Below, one piece after another: positions 37,573 to 51,387 of a DNA stretch of 53,680 nt (positions are counted from its first letter, which is position 1; each line of letters opens with the position of its first letter). The notes beneath the pieces were generated by a model. The model did no database searches. It saw nothing but the letters and a program-made list of their open reading frames with translations, and was not told the origin of the DNA. The stretch lies in sequence record SRR20825006_1644; one strand, 5' to 3'. The position numbers were made by a program, and so were the translations under genes.

Positions 37573-38951
37573 CTGAACCAGGCCAGCGTATTATGCAGTC
37601 GGGTTACTTCACCAATGATCACTAAAGTCGGGGCTACCGGTTGCTCACGCTCGGCAAGTGACGGCAACTCATCTATCGTACTGATCCAGACTTTCTGGTT
37701 TTCTGTGGTGCCCTGTTGAACCAAAGCTGCAGGCTTGTCAGCGGCCATACCATGCGCCTGCAATTGGCGACTCAGTTCTGGTAGTCCTGCCAATCCCATA
37801 TAAACCACGACGGTTTGTCTTGGCTGAACCAGCGTTTCCCAGTTCAGGTCCAGCTCACCGTGTTTTAACTGACCGGTTACAAAAACACAACTTTGCGCAT
37901 AGTCACGGTGAGTTAAAGGAATCCCGGCATAACTGGCGCAACCGGAGGCTGCGGTGATGCCCGGCACCACCTGAAACGGAATTTTTTCATCTGCCAGCGT
38001 TTCAATTTCTTCGCCGCCCCGACCGAAAATAAACGGATCACCACCTTTAAGTCTTAACACGCGTTTTCCCTGTTGTGCGTGTTGCAGCAACAAATCATTG
38101 ATTTCTTCCTGTCGCACGGCATGCCAGGCCCGCTGCTTCCCAACATAAATCAGTTCGGCTTCTTTGCGAACTAAAGCAAGAATTTCCTTGCTGACCAGCC
38201 GGTCATAAAAAACAACATCGGCCTGCTGCATCAGACGTAAAGCCTTGAATGTCAGCAAATCCGGATCGCCGGGTCCAGCGCCAACCAGATACACTTCACC
38301 ACGTGACAAATCCTTGTTGTCTGGATCCTGCAATTTTTCCAGTAATGTCTTTTCAGCAAGTTCATCCCGACCCGCCATCATATGATCGGCAACCGGTCCT
38401 TCCAGCACCGATTCCCAGAAACGGCGTCGCTGGGAAACATTTTCAAATTTCTGCTTCACTGCATTCCGGTAGCGTCCGACCAAATCACCCAGCTTGCTAT
38501 AGGATGGCGGGATCAGCGTTTCCAGTCGGGCGCGAAGATTTCGTGCCAGTACCGGTGAGTCACCACCGCTGGACACCGCGACGACAATTGGTGAACGATC
38601 CAGGATAGAAGCCAGAATAAAATCACAGTGATCAGGACTGTCCGCGACATTAACCAGGATATTTCTGGCCTTGGCTGCTGCATAGACAGCCGCATTGACG
38701 GCTTCATCATCGGTCGCGGCGATGACGAGTCTTTCCTGACCCAGCTGTGAAGGATCAAACTTTGCTTCCAGCCAATTCACCTGATGCTCATTGACCAGCT
38801 TTTGCGTGGTAACAGACAGGCTTGGAGCGATGATGGTCACGTCTGCATGTGCTTTAAGCAACACTCCGGCTTTGCGGGCAGCAATATCACCACCGCCGAC
38901 AACCAGGCAGGGCTGCTGCTTTAAATCTAAAAATATCGGTAAAAAATCCAT
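37563..38951 (-). CDS. cysG: Siroheme synthase
   Basis: LVVGGGDIAARK dehydrogenase domain plus VYLVGAGPGDPDLLT and RLKGGDPFIFGRGGEE. Confidence 0.97.
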   Translation of the reverse strand: MDFLPIFLDLKQQPCLVVGGGDIAARKAGVLLKAHADVTIIAPSLSVTTQKLVNEHQVNWLEAKFDPSQLGQERLVIAATDDEAVNAAVYAAAKARNILVNVADSPDHCDFILASILDRSPIVVAVSSGGDSPVLARNLRARLETLIPPSYSKLGDLVGRYRNAVKQKFENVSQRRRFWESVLEGPVADHMMAGRDELAEKTLLEKLQDPDNKDLSRGEVYLVGAGPGDPDLLTFKALRLMQQADVVFYDRLVSKEILALVRKEAELIYVGKQRAWHAVRQEEINDLLLQHAQQGKRVLRLKGGDPFIFGRGGEEIETLADEKIPFQVVPGITAASGCASYAGIPLTHRDYAQSCVFVTGQLKHGELDLNWETLVQPRQTVVVYMGLAGLPELSRQLQAHGMAADKPAALVQQGTTENQKVWISTIDELPSLAEREQPVAPTLVIIGEVTRLHNTLAWFRSG

Positions 38952-39736
38952 TATTGTTCTTTTAAAGGTAAAGACAGACCCTGTAGGACATAAGCATTGT
39001 CAAGATTTTGCACCACGGCGACCAGGGTCAGGTCATCAAGCTTCCAGTCGGGCTCCAATGGCAATGTGGTTTGAATGTGTGTGCGTTGTTCATCCGGATT
39101 CAGTTCGAACGGGCCCAGCCAGCGTCTGACCAGATTCTGGTGATTAAACACCGCGCCGATGTTATCGCCGCCATGTATTTCACTGATGATGTTATCTTCG
39201 GTCAAAGCCAGATAAAGCTGACTGTTACCCTGATTATCCTCGCCCATGACAGTCACTGAGGCGTCGATATTGAGGTCTCCACCCGTATTAGCAACATTCA
39301 GACTGATATCCGCTTCCGAGTCGAAACTGTTAATAAAGTCAATCACATCGGTGCCGTGCTCGCGCCAGTTGTGCACGACTTCGCCACTGATAAAAATTTC
39401 CGGTGTAAAGACTGTCTGGTAGAGATTTAAACGCGCCATCTGGCGCTGGCGCTGTGTGAAACGAGGCTTGGCAAAACGATCCACCCAGCCTTTTTTGTCA
39501 TCCAGGTAATCGACATGAAAGCCGAGCACAATCAGCTCATCCTCGGTGACCCCCTCTTCCGGCAACTGGTGAACCCAACGTTCCGCTGCGGGGCAGAGAC
39601 CACAGCCTTCGGAAACAAATAACTCCATCACCGCGATTTGTTTATCGACACTTTCTGCATGCCACTCTTGCGCAGAAACACCGCTACTCAGCAGACAGCT
39701 GAGGATGACTAATATGCCTGTTCTCATTTTCAGCAT
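38951..39736 (-). CDS. Secreted DUF1223 thioredoxin-fold protein
   Basis: VMELFVSEGCGLCP, FHVDY, GWVDRF, FTQRQ and H.NLVR motifs. Confidence 0.85.
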   Translation of the reverse strand: MLKMRTGILVILSCLLSSGVSAQEWHAESVDKQIAVMELFVSEGCGLCPAAERWVHQLPEEGVTEDELIVLGFHVDYLDDKKGWVDRFAKPRFTQRQRQMARLNLYQTVFTPEIFISGEVVHNWREHGTDVIDFINSFDSEADISLNVANTGGDLNIDASVTVMGEDNQGNSQLYLALTEDNIISEIHGGDNIGAVFNHQNLVRRWLGPFELNPDEQRTHIQTTLPLEPDWKLDDLTLVAVVQNLDNAYVLQGLSLPLKEQ

Positions 39737-39757
39737 GATATTGCCCTGAAAATCCGC

Positions 39758-40834
39758 CTATAGTTGAGAAACTTGCGGTTCCTGCGAGTTCCGCTGGCTT
39801 ACATCGCTGATTTCAGCCAATTCGCGCATCACGGCTGTCGCATAAGCGCCTGATGGCAGGAAAAAGGACAAAGACAAGCTTTCGTCATCAAACTGCCAGC
39901 TCATATTTTGCGGTAACACACGCAGTGGCCGTCTTTCCTGCTTGAGCCCGGCCTGTTCCAGGCCCTGCTGCCATATCTGCCATGGTTCCAGTACTGACGA
40001 TTCCAATGCCAGGCTATCAGCTTGATTCGACGCTCTGCCGCGCCCCCAGAGAGGACCGGTAATATCGATATCAAAGGTTTTCAAGCGCTCTGCAATGCTT
40101 TCATCAATCGATTCAGCCATGAAGATACTGCTGCTGCCCGCCAGTTGCATTACATCACCAGCTAGTCCTGTCTGCCAGTTCTGCTGGCTGATCCGCGTGG
40201 ATAAAACCTGGTTGAACAGCCAGGAACGGGCTGCTGACAGAATCATACTGCGTTGTTGACGCTTTTTGGGCTTTCTACCGGTTTCAAACCACTGCCGGGC
40301 TTTATCCAGATTGGAAAACTGGCGCCCAAAGCGCTGTTCAGCAAAATAATTGGGGACGCCTTCCGTCTGAATCCGATCCAGAGTCTGTTCCCAAACCGCC
40401 CTGTCCCCCTCAAGCCCGGTGAGAATCAACGAAAACTGGTTGCCGGAGAGTACGCCACGTTTGAGTTTTTTATTATGCCTGGTGAGGGTTTTGATTTGAC
40501 AGTCATCGGCTGAAAACAAAGACCAGTCGGGTTCCTCGTAGCCTTCCAGTTTAACGGTGAACCACTGGGTCGTGACTGCATGACGGTCTTTTAGTCCGGC
40601 ATAACCGATGGCAACATCCTCAACCCCGGCAAAACGTGCCAGCTGTTTCGCGACCCAGTCGGTGTTGCTGCCGCTTTTCTCAATCAGCAGCATGGCATGG
40701 CCACCTTCCCCACTGGGCTCGAAGGGTAATTGTTCATCAACCCGGAAATGCTCAGGCTGCAGACGAATATTGGCGCGGCACTTTGTGGCTTGAGGGTTGG
40801 CGCGTTGCAGTTGGCTGAAATCAAACGCCATCAT
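39758..40834 (-). CDS. truD: tRNA pseudouridine(13) synthase
   Basis: YAGLKDRHAVTTQW, GVPNYF..QRFG and LPSGAYAT motifs. Confidence 0.96.
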   Translation of the reverse strand: MMAFDFSQLQRANPQATKCRANIRLQPEHFRVDEQLPFEPSGEGGHAMLLIEKSGSNTDWVAKQLARFAGVEDVAIGYAGLKDRHAVTTQWFTVKLEGYEEPDWSLFSADDCQIKTLTRHNKKLKRGVLSGNQFSLILTGLEGDRAVWEQTLDRIQTEGVPNYFAEQRFGRQFSNLDKARQWFETGRKPKKRQQRSMILSAARSWLFNQVLSTRISQQNWQTGLAGDVMQLAGSSSIFMAESIDESIAERLKTFDIDITGPLWGRGRASNQADSLALESSVLEPWQIWQQGLEQAGLKQERRPLRVLPQNMSWQFDDESLSLSFFLPSGAYATAVMRELAEISDVSQRNSQEPQVSQL

Positions 40835-41308
40835 TCAGACCTCTTTCAACAGAACCACCGCATGGGCAGCGATTCCTTCCTCTCGTCCGATAAAGCCCAG
40901 CTTTTCTGTCGTTGTGGCTTTGATGTTGAGCTCAGTTTCACTGATTGCCATATCGTCCGCCAGTAAAGTCTTCATGTCAGGAATAAACGGTGCCAGTTTA
41001 GGTGCCTGAGCAATGACCGTGGCATCGATATTATTAACGACCCAGCCCCGTTCAAATAAGTCTGTCATCACTCGCCGCAGTAAAATACGACTATCGATAT
41101 TTTTAAAGCTGTCATCAGTGTCAGGAAAGTGATGACCGATATCCCATAAACCGGCAGCACCGAGCAAGGCATCGCAGAGGGCATGGATCAGAACATCGCC
41201 GTCAGAGTGGGCTTCCAGACCATGACTGTGGGGAATCGTCACGCCGCCGATAATTAAAGCCCGGTTTTCGGCAAAACGGTGTACATCATAGCCATGCCCT
41301 ATCCGCAT
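40835..41308 (-). CDS. ispF: MECDP synthase
   Basis: [16 protein letters not shown] and KATTTEKLG motifs. Confidence 0.97.
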   Translation of the reverse strand: MRIGHGYDVHRFAENRALIIGGVTIPHSHGLEAHSDGDVLIHALCDALLGAAGLWDIGHHFPDTDDSFKNIDSRILLRRVMTDLFERGWVVNNIDATVIAQAPKLAPFIPDMKTLLADDMAISETELNIKATTTEKLGFIGREEGIAAHAVVLLKEV

Positions 41309-42018
41309 TATTGTCCTCTGCTCTGTTGTTCCAAATACAGGCTCGCCAGGGCCAGATCCTGCGGCAAGGTAATCTTGATATTATCCAGATGCCCTTCCAC
41401 CATCATCGGTCTGATGCCGGTCAGCTCCACAGCACTGGCCTCATCTGTGACTGCAAGACCCTGCTCTGCTGCCGATTGAAGCGCCTGTTTCAGCAGTTGC
41501 AGACGAAACATCTGCGGCGTACCGGCCCGCCAGAGGCCGTGACGATCAACCGTTTCAATAATCGTTTGATGCGCATCGACCCGCTTTACGGTATCCGTGA
41601 CCGGTACCCCCAGGATACCCCCGACTTCATGCCGGCTTAACTGCTTCAGCATCCGGTCAATATCACTGTGTCTGAGACATGGCCGGGCCGCATCATGGAC
41701 CAGTACCCAGGGATCTCCCTCGGTTTCAGCAGCGAGTTTATTCAGGGCGTTATACACCGAATCGGAGCGTGCCTCACCACCTGCTGCCGTCAGTAATGGA
41801 CAGTCCAGCCTGAGGTCGAGCTGAGGCCACCATGGATCATTATCCGCCAGCGCGATGACGATGCCGGCGATACGCGGGTGAGAGGCGAGACGCTCCAATG
41901 TATGCTGGAGTATGGGTTTGTTATTGAGCTGAAGATACTGCTTGGGTTTGTCAGAGGCCATGCGACTGCCAATACCGGCTGCCGGGACCACGGCCCAGAC
42001 GGCTTCACTTGTGCTCAT
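41308..42018 (-). CDS. ispD: MEP cytidylyltransferase
   Basis: [20 protein letters not shown] and NIKIT motifs. Confidence 0.97.
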   Translation of the reverse strand: MSTSEAVWAVVPAAGIGSRMASDKPKQYLQLNNKPILQHTLERLASHPRIAGIVIALADNDPWWPQLDLRLDCPLLTAAGGEARSDSVYNALNKLAAETEGDPWVLVHDAARPCLRHSDIDRMLKQLSRHEVGGILGVPVTDTVKRVDAHQTIIETVDRHGLWRAGTPQMFRLQLLKQALQSAAEQGLAVTDEASAVELTGIRPMMVEGHLDNIKITLPQDLALASLYLEQQSRGQ

Positions 42019-42295
42019 CTTGTTCTTCTATTACATGAAAGAAGGTCTCGCCGTCTCTGATCATGCCCAGTTCACTGCGGGCACGCTCTTCCAATGCATC
42101 GAGACCACTTTTCAAATCCTGCACCTCGGCGGCCAGCACCTGATTGCGTTCCGTCAGTTTTTCATTATCCAACCGCTGTTTTTCCACCTGATGATGTAGA
42201 CGCAGCAGCGATGGCAAGCCGTCATGACTCAGCCATAATCGGTATTGCAGTAATACCAGCAGAATGGCCAGAAAAATCATGACGGGCTTAGTCAT
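42005..42295 (-). CDS. ftsB: Cell division protein FtsB
   Basis: TM followed by LQYRLW, coiled coil and EERARSELGMI. Confidence 0.95.
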   Translation of the reverse strand: MTKPVMIFLAILLVLLQYRLWLSHDGLPSLLRLHHQVEKQRLDNEKLTERNQVLAAEVQDLKSGLDALEERARSELGMIRDGETFFHVIEEQDEHK

Positions 42296-42301
42296 CAGGC
42301 C

Positions 42302-43615
<1,314 letters not shown>

Positions 43616-43618
43616 CTA

Positions 43619-44463
43619 TTACCGGTTTGCCAGCAAGGCGTCTTCGATATAGTCCTGTTGTTTAACTGTGGCGTCGATGGCCTGCAAGGTTTCCAGCAGC
43701 GCTGACAACTGGTGCAACGGCCAGGAATTAGGCCCGTCACTGAGCGCTTTCTCCGGCTCAGGATGGGTTTCCATAAACAGCCCGGCCACACCGGTCGCAA
43801 CTGCGGCACGTGCGAGTACCGGTACGAATTCACGCTGACCGCCGGAAGCGCCGCCCTGACCACCCGGTTGCTGAACCGAGTGAGTGGCATCGAAGACTAC
43901 CGGGCAATCCATCTGCCGCATCAGCGGCAGACCGCGCATATCCGAAATCAGGGTGTTGTAACCAAAGGAAGTACCACGTTCACACAACATGATCTGCTTA
44001 TTGCCGGTCGATTTGGCTTTGGCCGCCACATGCTGCATGTCCCACGGAGCCAGGAACTGACCTTTCTTGATATTGACCGGCAAGCCCTGACTGGCGACAT
44101 TCACAATGAAATTAGTCTGACGACACAAAAAGGCTGGTGTCTGCAGCACATCGACCACACTGGCGACTTCTGCCAGCGGCGTGTCTTCATGGACATCAGT
44201 CAACACCGGCAGATTGAATTCTTTTTTCACCTTTTCCAGAATCGCCAGACCGGCATCCACGCCCGGGCCACGATAACTCTTGGTTGAAGTACGGTTGGCC
44301 TTGTCAAAGGAAGACTTGTAGATAAAGTTGATACCCAGCTTATCCGTGATTTCCTTGAGCTGACCGGCCACATCCATGGTCATTTGCTCACTTTCAATCA
44401 CGCAGGTACCGGCAATCAGAAACAGCGGCTGGCGGTTACCGGCTTCAAATCCACATAATTGCA

Positions 44464-44464
<1 letters not shown>
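43619..44464 (-). CDS. kdsA: KDO8P synthase
   Basis: [16 protein letters not shown] and DATHSVQ motifs. Confidence 0.97.
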
Positions 44465-46113
<1,649 letters not shown>

Positions 46114-46185
46114 TCAATAAAAATGACGCGGCCAGAATAGCTGCGCTCAAAATAGGGTATAAATTATCAGAATTGCCCTGTGTGC

Positions 46186-47529
46186 TCAATCAAAAACTGG
46201 TTTATCCGGTGCGTCTTCGAGCACCGGCAACCATCCCTTCTCACCGATATCTGCGGCGTAATGCTCAGCATAACCATAACCGACAACGGCTACCAGTTCA
46301 TGATCAACAAAAAGCAGTGGAATATGCTGACGCTGCCACGGCGGTATATCCCACTCCTGAAACAGTTGTTTGAGAGACTTGTGTTGCGCATGGCCCTGCA
46401 AACGAATTCGCTCTCCTCCCTCACGGAATTTGAGCAGTAAAGGACCGTTCAGCACATGTTGTTTGAGGCCTTTACCGGACTCCAACTGCCATTTAAGCTG
46501 TCGGCCATCGGGAAGAGTGACATCATCCGCACCTGTTACTTCAAGCTCGCCTAAATCCAGTGCTTCAATGCGGTAAGGTTCCAGGTAGATTACCTCGCGG
46601 TAACGCCTGACCATCGCGCCGGGCCAGTGCACTTCAGGGTTCCGGTCTTCCGCTGCAGGGATGACTTCTTCAATGATCCGTTGCAATATCGCTGCTGAAG
46701 GTAAAGTCAATCCGTTCTGCTCCAGTGCATAACGCAGCAGATTACGCTGTCTTGCCTGAGGTAAGTGACTCAACGCGCTGATAGACAAACGATCCTTTCG
46801 TTCCGGACAGACAAGACGGGCATCCAGACTGCCGAGTTCACGCATCAATTCAACCGCTTCCCGGCAGTGCTCGGCACTGCGGCTCAGCGTTTTTGAAACA
46901 GCCGGCCAGCGTTCATTCAGACGCGGCCAGATTTCATGCCGCAGGTAATTGCGGTTAATGCTGAGATCAGCATTACTGGGATCATCAATCCAGTGCAACT
47001 GATGTAGTTCGGCATATTCGAGTAGATCAGACTTGGAGAGACTGAGGAAAGGTCTCACGATGGTTAAGCCATCAAACTGGGATTCCGGCCACATGGCTGA
47101 CAGACCGGCGGGACCGGCGCCACGCAGTAATTGCAACATAAGCGTCTCGGCCTGATCATCCTGATGCTGTGCGGTGAGTAAGACTTCATCCGGCATCAGA
47201 TCATGGCGAAACGCCTGATAACGCGCCTGGCGCGCTGCTGCCTCCAGCCCCTTTTCATCGATATCTTCAACTTTGACCTGAACAGATTCGAAGTCGATAT
47301 TGAGATCGCTGGCAATCTGCCTGCAATGTTCAGCCCAGTCCGATGACTCAGGGTGTAAATCGTGATCGATGTGCAAAGCCCGCACGGCGGGTAGCTGGGG
47401 GTGACGGGTTGTGGCCAGCAAATGCAGCAAGACATGGGAATCGACACCACCGCTGTATGCGATGCAGACTGCGCGGCCAGCCACCAGTTTGATCAGGTCT
47501 AAAATCGTATGCTGGGGGTTTAAGGCCAT
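46186..47529 (-). CDS. tilS: tRNA(Ile)-lysidine synthase
   Basis: AYSGGVDS, EAAARQARY, HQDDQAET and RNYLR motifs. Confidence 0.96.
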   Translation of the reverse strand: MALNPQHTILDLIKLVAGRAVCIAYSGGVDSHVLLHLLATTRHPQLPAVRALHIDHDLHPESSDWAEHCRQIASDLNIDFESVQVKVEDIDEKGLEAAARQARYQAFRHDLMPDEVLLTAQHQDDQAETLMLQLLRGAGPAGLSAMWPESQFDGLTIVRPFLSLSKSDLLEYAELHQLHWIDDPSNADLSINRNYLRHEIWPRLNERWPAVSKTLSRSAEHCREAVELMRELGSLDARLVCPERKDRLSISALSHLPQARQRNLLRYALEQNGLTLPSAAILQRIIEEVIPAAEDRNPEVHWPGAMVRRYREVIYLEPYRIEALDLGELEVTGADDVTLPDGRQLKWQLESGKGLKQHVLNGPLLLKFREGGERIRLQGHAQHKSLKQLFQEWDIPPWQRQHIPLLFVDHELVAVVGYGYAEHYAADIGEKGWLPVLEDAPDKPVFD

Positions 47530-47545
47530 ATCGGCTTAACCCCGC

Positions 47546-48502
47546 TTAACCCTCAAATTCGCCGTAGCTCAGAATCCGTTGCTGACGGCGTTTGATCAGA
47601 TTGTCATGTGAAACTGCTTCCAGTTCCTTGATCTTGGCCTCGATCGATTTTCTGACACGGGCTGCCATTTCCTCGACATTACGGTGGGCACCACCCAGAG
47701 GCTCAGGCACCACCTCGTCGATAAGCTTCAGTTCTTTCAGACGGTCTGAAGTCACACCCAGCGTCGCCGCTGCATCCGGCGCTTTTTCCGGACTTTTCCA
47801 CAAGATGGACGCACAGCCTTCCGGTGAAATGACCGAGTAAATACTGTATTGCAGCATCATCAGGTGATCAGCGACACCGACTGCCAGCGCACCGCCCGAA
47901 CCGCCTTCACCGATAACAGTCGTAATAATCGGCGTTTTGAGCTTGGCCATTTCATACAAGTTGCGGGCAATAGCTTCACTCTGACCACGCTCTTCAGCGC
48001 CGATACCAGGATAGGCGCCCGGGGTATCGATAAAGGTCAGCACCGGCAGGCCGAAGCGCTCTGCCATTTTCATGATGCGTAAAGCCTTGCGGTAACCTTC
48101 CGGTCGCGGCATGCCAAAGTTGCGCGCCACTTTTTCCTTGGTGTCACGGCCTTTCTGATGACCAATGACCGCGACAGGTCGGCCATTGAGACGACCAAGT
48201 CCGGTAACCAGTGCTGCGTCGTCACCATAAGTCCGGTCGCCGTGCAGTTCTTCAAAATCGCTGATGATATGTTTAATGTAATCCAGCGTGTAGGGACGCT
48301 GCGGATGACGCGCCATCTGAGTGACCTGCCAGGGTGTCAATGAAGCGAAAATTGACTTGGTCAGTGACTCGCTTTTTTCCTTCAACTTCTGAATTTCTTC
48401 AGTGATATTGAGATCACTGTCGTTACTCATGTAGCGCAACTCATCGATTTTCGCTTCCAGTTCGGCGATGGGTTGTTCGTAGTCAAGGAAATTTAACTGC
48501 AT
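47546..48502 (-). CDS. accA: Acetyl-CoA carboxylase carboxyltransferase alpha
   Basis: [15 protein letters not shown] and GEGGSGGA motifs. Confidence 0.98.
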   Translation of the reverse strand: MQLNFLDYEQPIAELEAKIDELRYMSNDSDLNITEEIQKLKEKSESLTKSIFASLTPWQVTQMARHPQRPYTLDYIKHIISDFEELHGDRTYGDDAALVTGLGRLNGRPVAVIGHQKGRDTKEKVARNFGMPRPEGYRKALRIMKMAERFGLPVLTFIDTPGAYPGIGAEERGQSEAIARNLYEMAKLKTPIITTVIGEGGSGGALAVGVADHLMMLQYSIYSVISPEGCASILWKSPEKAPDAAATLGVTSDRLKELKLIDEVVPEPLGGAHRNVEEMAARVRKSIEAKIKELEAVSHDNLIKRRQQRILSYGEFEG

Positions 48503-48558
48503 CAGGTTACCCTTACATCCAAAATTGTCGAATTATACACAGAGGCGGCGGACAAAAC

Positions 48559-49662
48559 TCAGTTGAGAATCAATTCATCGTCGTCATCATTGTCCATTGC
48601 TCCCTCGCCAAGCCGAATGGCGAGACTGAGGTCATTACGAGAGTCCGCGTTCTGCAAGGCTTCTTCCAGCGTAATTTGACCGTCCTTGTATAGCTTGATC
48701 AGCGCCTTATCAAAGGTGATCGTACCTGGATCGGTCGATTCTTTCATCGCATCTTTAATGCTGCCAACTTCGCCTTTATTAATGAGTTCAGAGATATACG
48801 GCGTATTGAGCATGATCTCAACAGCGGGCACCCGTGCGCTGCCATCAACCGTCGGCAACAAGCGCTGCGACACAATGGCTCGCAGGTTCAGCGACATATC
48901 CATGAACAACTGGCGGTGCAGCGTTTCCGGGAAGAAGTTGATAATACGATCCAGGGCCTGGTTGGCATTATTGGAGTGCAGCGTGGCCAGACACAGGTGA
49001 CCAGTCTCGGCATAGTTGATGGCGTGCTTCATCGTTTCCATGTCCCGGATCTCACCAATCAGAATGACATCCGGTGCTTCACGTAGCGCGTTCTTCAGTG
49101 CATTCTCATAATTAAGCGTATCAATGCCGACTTCGCGTTGCTGCACAATGGAACGCTCATGGGCATGCACAAATTCCAGCGGATCTTCAATAGTCAGAAT
49201 GTGTGAGCTGGAATTGCGATTACGGTGGCCTATCATTGACGCCAGCGTAGTAGACTTACCGGAGCCCGTGGCCCCCACCACCAGAATCAGACCGCGTTTT
49301 TCCATCACGATATCGCCCAGCACCGGCGGCAGATTCATTTCATCGAAGCGTGGAATTTTGGTTTTTATGTAACGGATGACAATCGAACATTCACCGCGCT
49401 GACGGAAAATATTGACCCGGAAACGGCCGACGCCCTTCAGCGGCACGGCAAAGTTCATTTCCAGTGTTCTCTCAAACTCAGCGGCCTGGTCTTCGTTCAT
49501 CAGCGTATAGGCCATTTCATGGACATCACCCGGAGCCAGCTTCTGGGTACCGACAGGTCGAATCACACCCTGAATTTTGATGTGAGGTTCGGTGCCGGTA
49601 CAAAAGAACATATCCGAGGCTTCTTTGTCCGCCATCAACCTGAAATAGGGTGTCATATCCAC
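48559..49662 (-). CDS. pilU: PilT/PilU-family retraction ATPase (PilU-like)
   Basis: GATGSGKST, QREVGIDT, LREAPDVILIGEIRD and AETGHLCLATLH; MDMSLNL resembles PilU rather than the PilT AIRNLIRE motif. Confidence 0.85.
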   Translation of the reverse strand: MDMTPYFRLMADKEASDMFFCTGTEPHIKIQGVIRPVGTQKLAPGDVHEMAYTLMNEDQAAEFERTLEMNFAVPLKGVGRFRVNIFRQRGECSIVIRYIKTKIPRFDEMNLPPVLGDIVMEKRGLILVVGATGSGKSTTLASMIGHRNRNSSSHILTIEDPLEFVHAHERSIVQQREVGIDTLNYENALKNALREAPDVILIGEIRDMETMKHAINYAETGHLCLATLHSNNANQALDRIINFFPETLHRQLFMDMSLNLRAIVSQRLLPTVDGSARVPAVEIMLNTPYISELINKGEVGSIKDAMKESTDPGTITFDKALIKLYKDGQITLEEALQNADSRNDLSLAIRLGEGAMDNDDDDELILN

Positions 49663-49695
49663 GTAGCTTATCCTCAGTATTCTCTATCTGCTTAA

Positions 49696-51378
49696 TCAGT
49701 CCAATCGTACACGATAGACTTCAGCCAATGAAATCTCACGCGAGCGGGCTCTGGTCATGGCGTTATCGGTCAGTGACACCATGCCCTCTTTCAGCGCCTG
49801 CTCATGTATTTCGCCCGATGTTATGTCAGCATGAATTAATTTTCGCAGACTATCACTCACTTCCAGCAATTCATAGACAGCCATTCTTCCCGCTACACCA
49901 GTGTGATTACAGTGCTCACAGCCTCGACCTCGATAAAATTGCTCATCGTCGCTGACACTCAGGGCATGACGAATGAGCGGATCGACCGGCTCTTCCTCGA
50001 GACAGTGCTGGCAATTGCGTTTCACCAGCCGCTGGGCCAGCACACCCAGCAAAGATCCGGTTAAAAGATAAGGTTCAATCCCCATCTCCAGCAGCCGGCT
50101 GACAGCACCGGCTGCGTCATTGGTATGTAGCGTACTCAATACAAGATGGCCTGTCAGCGCGCTTTCCACCGCGATCTTTCCGGTTTCCTCATCGCGGATT
50201 TCGCCGACGAGAATGACATCCGGATCATGGCGCAAAATATTGCGTAAGGCACGGGCAAAAGTATAGCCGGTGGTGTGGTTAATCTGAATCTGCTGAATGC
50301 CATCCATGTGGTACTCGACCGGATCTTCAACAGTGAGAATATTCACGTTCTGCTTCTGCACCTCGGCCAGCGCCGCATACAGCGTCGTAGACTTGCCTGA
50401 ACCGGTAGGCCCGGTGACCAGAAAAATGCCGTTGTTTTTATTGAGCAGATCGAGAAAGACTTCCTGATCGTGATCTGAAAACCCCAGTTCGGAAACCGAT
50501 TTCAAACCCACCTGTGCATTGAGCAGGCGAATCACGACACTCTCGCCTTCGACCGTCGGCATGATTGAAATCCGCAAATCGACCGGGTTACTTTTATGTT
50601 TGACACAACAACGGCCATCCTGAGGCAGGCGCCTTTCCGCGATATTCATCCCCCCCAGGATTTTAATCCGGCTGACAACGGCGGCTAAGAGGGTTTTGCT
50701 GAAAAAGCGGATATTAGTCAGCACCCCGTCCAGCCGGTAAATCAGTTCGACATTTTTATCTCGGGGCTTGATATGGATATCGGAAGCGCGGCGTTCAATC
50801 GCATCAACGATAATATTAGCCACCAGCCTGACAATCGGTTTTTCGCTGCTGAGACGCATCATCTCATCATGCAGATCGGTCGCATCTTTGAATGGCTGGC
50901 TCCTGCCGTTCAGCGACTCCAGCGCCAGTTCATCATCACGAGCCCCGTAAAACTTCCTGACCGCCCACTGCACATCAGCACGTGTTGCCACTGTCACGTC
51001 AATGCTGTAACCGGTGATGAAATTGAGCGTCTGGAATAAGTCCATATCCATCGGACTTGCCAGGGCCACCAGCAGATGGGTTTTATTGACTCTGAGCGGG
51101 ATGACATCATGATGACGGGCGAACTCTGCCGGAATCAAGCTCAGCACTGTTTCATCGAAGGGGTAATCATGAAGGCGGATAAACGGCAGGCTCAGACGCT
51201 CAGCAAGACTACGCTGACTGCGTTCATCAGCACTGTGTTTTACTTCTGACTGCTCGTCGGCCTGCTCATCAACCGGCGGTATCTTGTTGGTGTGTTGCAG
51301 TGCAGCATCAAGCGCATCGGTGAGTGAATCCCCCCCGACTGCGGTTCGCGCTGTTGAATTCTTCTCACCCGCAGACAT
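49696..51378 (-). CDS. Second GspE/PilB-family assembly ATPase
   Basis: ASDIH, GPTGSGKST, LRHDPDVILVGEIRD and CQHC...CEHC motifs. Confidence 0.92.
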   Translation of the reverse strand: MSAGEKNSTARTAVGGDSLTDALDAALQHTNKIPPVDEQADEQSEVKHSADERSQRSLAERLSLPFIRLHDYPFDETVLSLIPAEFARHHDVIPLRVNKTHLLVALASPMDMDLFQTLNFITGYSIDVTVATRADVQWAVRKFYGARDDELALESLNGRSQPFKDATDLHDEMMRLSSEKPIVRLVANIIVDAIERRASDIHIKPRDKNVELIYRLDGVLTNIRFFSKTLLAAVVSRIKILGGMNIAERRLPQDGRCCVKHKSNPVDLRISIMPTVEGESVVIRLLNAQVGLKSVSELGFSDHDQEVFLDLLNKNNGIFLVTGPTGSGKSTTLYAALAEVQKQNVNILTVEDPVEYHMDGIQQIQINHTTGYTFARALRNILRHDPDVILVGEIRDEETGKIAVESALTGHLVLSTLHTNDAAGAVSRLLEMGIEPYLLTGSLLGVLAQRLVKRNCQHCLEEEPVDPLIRHALSVSDDEQFYRGRGCEHCNHTGVAGRMAVYELLEVSDSLRKLIHADITSGEIHEQALKEGMVSLTDNAMTRARSREISLAEVYRVRLD

Positions 51379-51387
51379 GGAGCCTCC

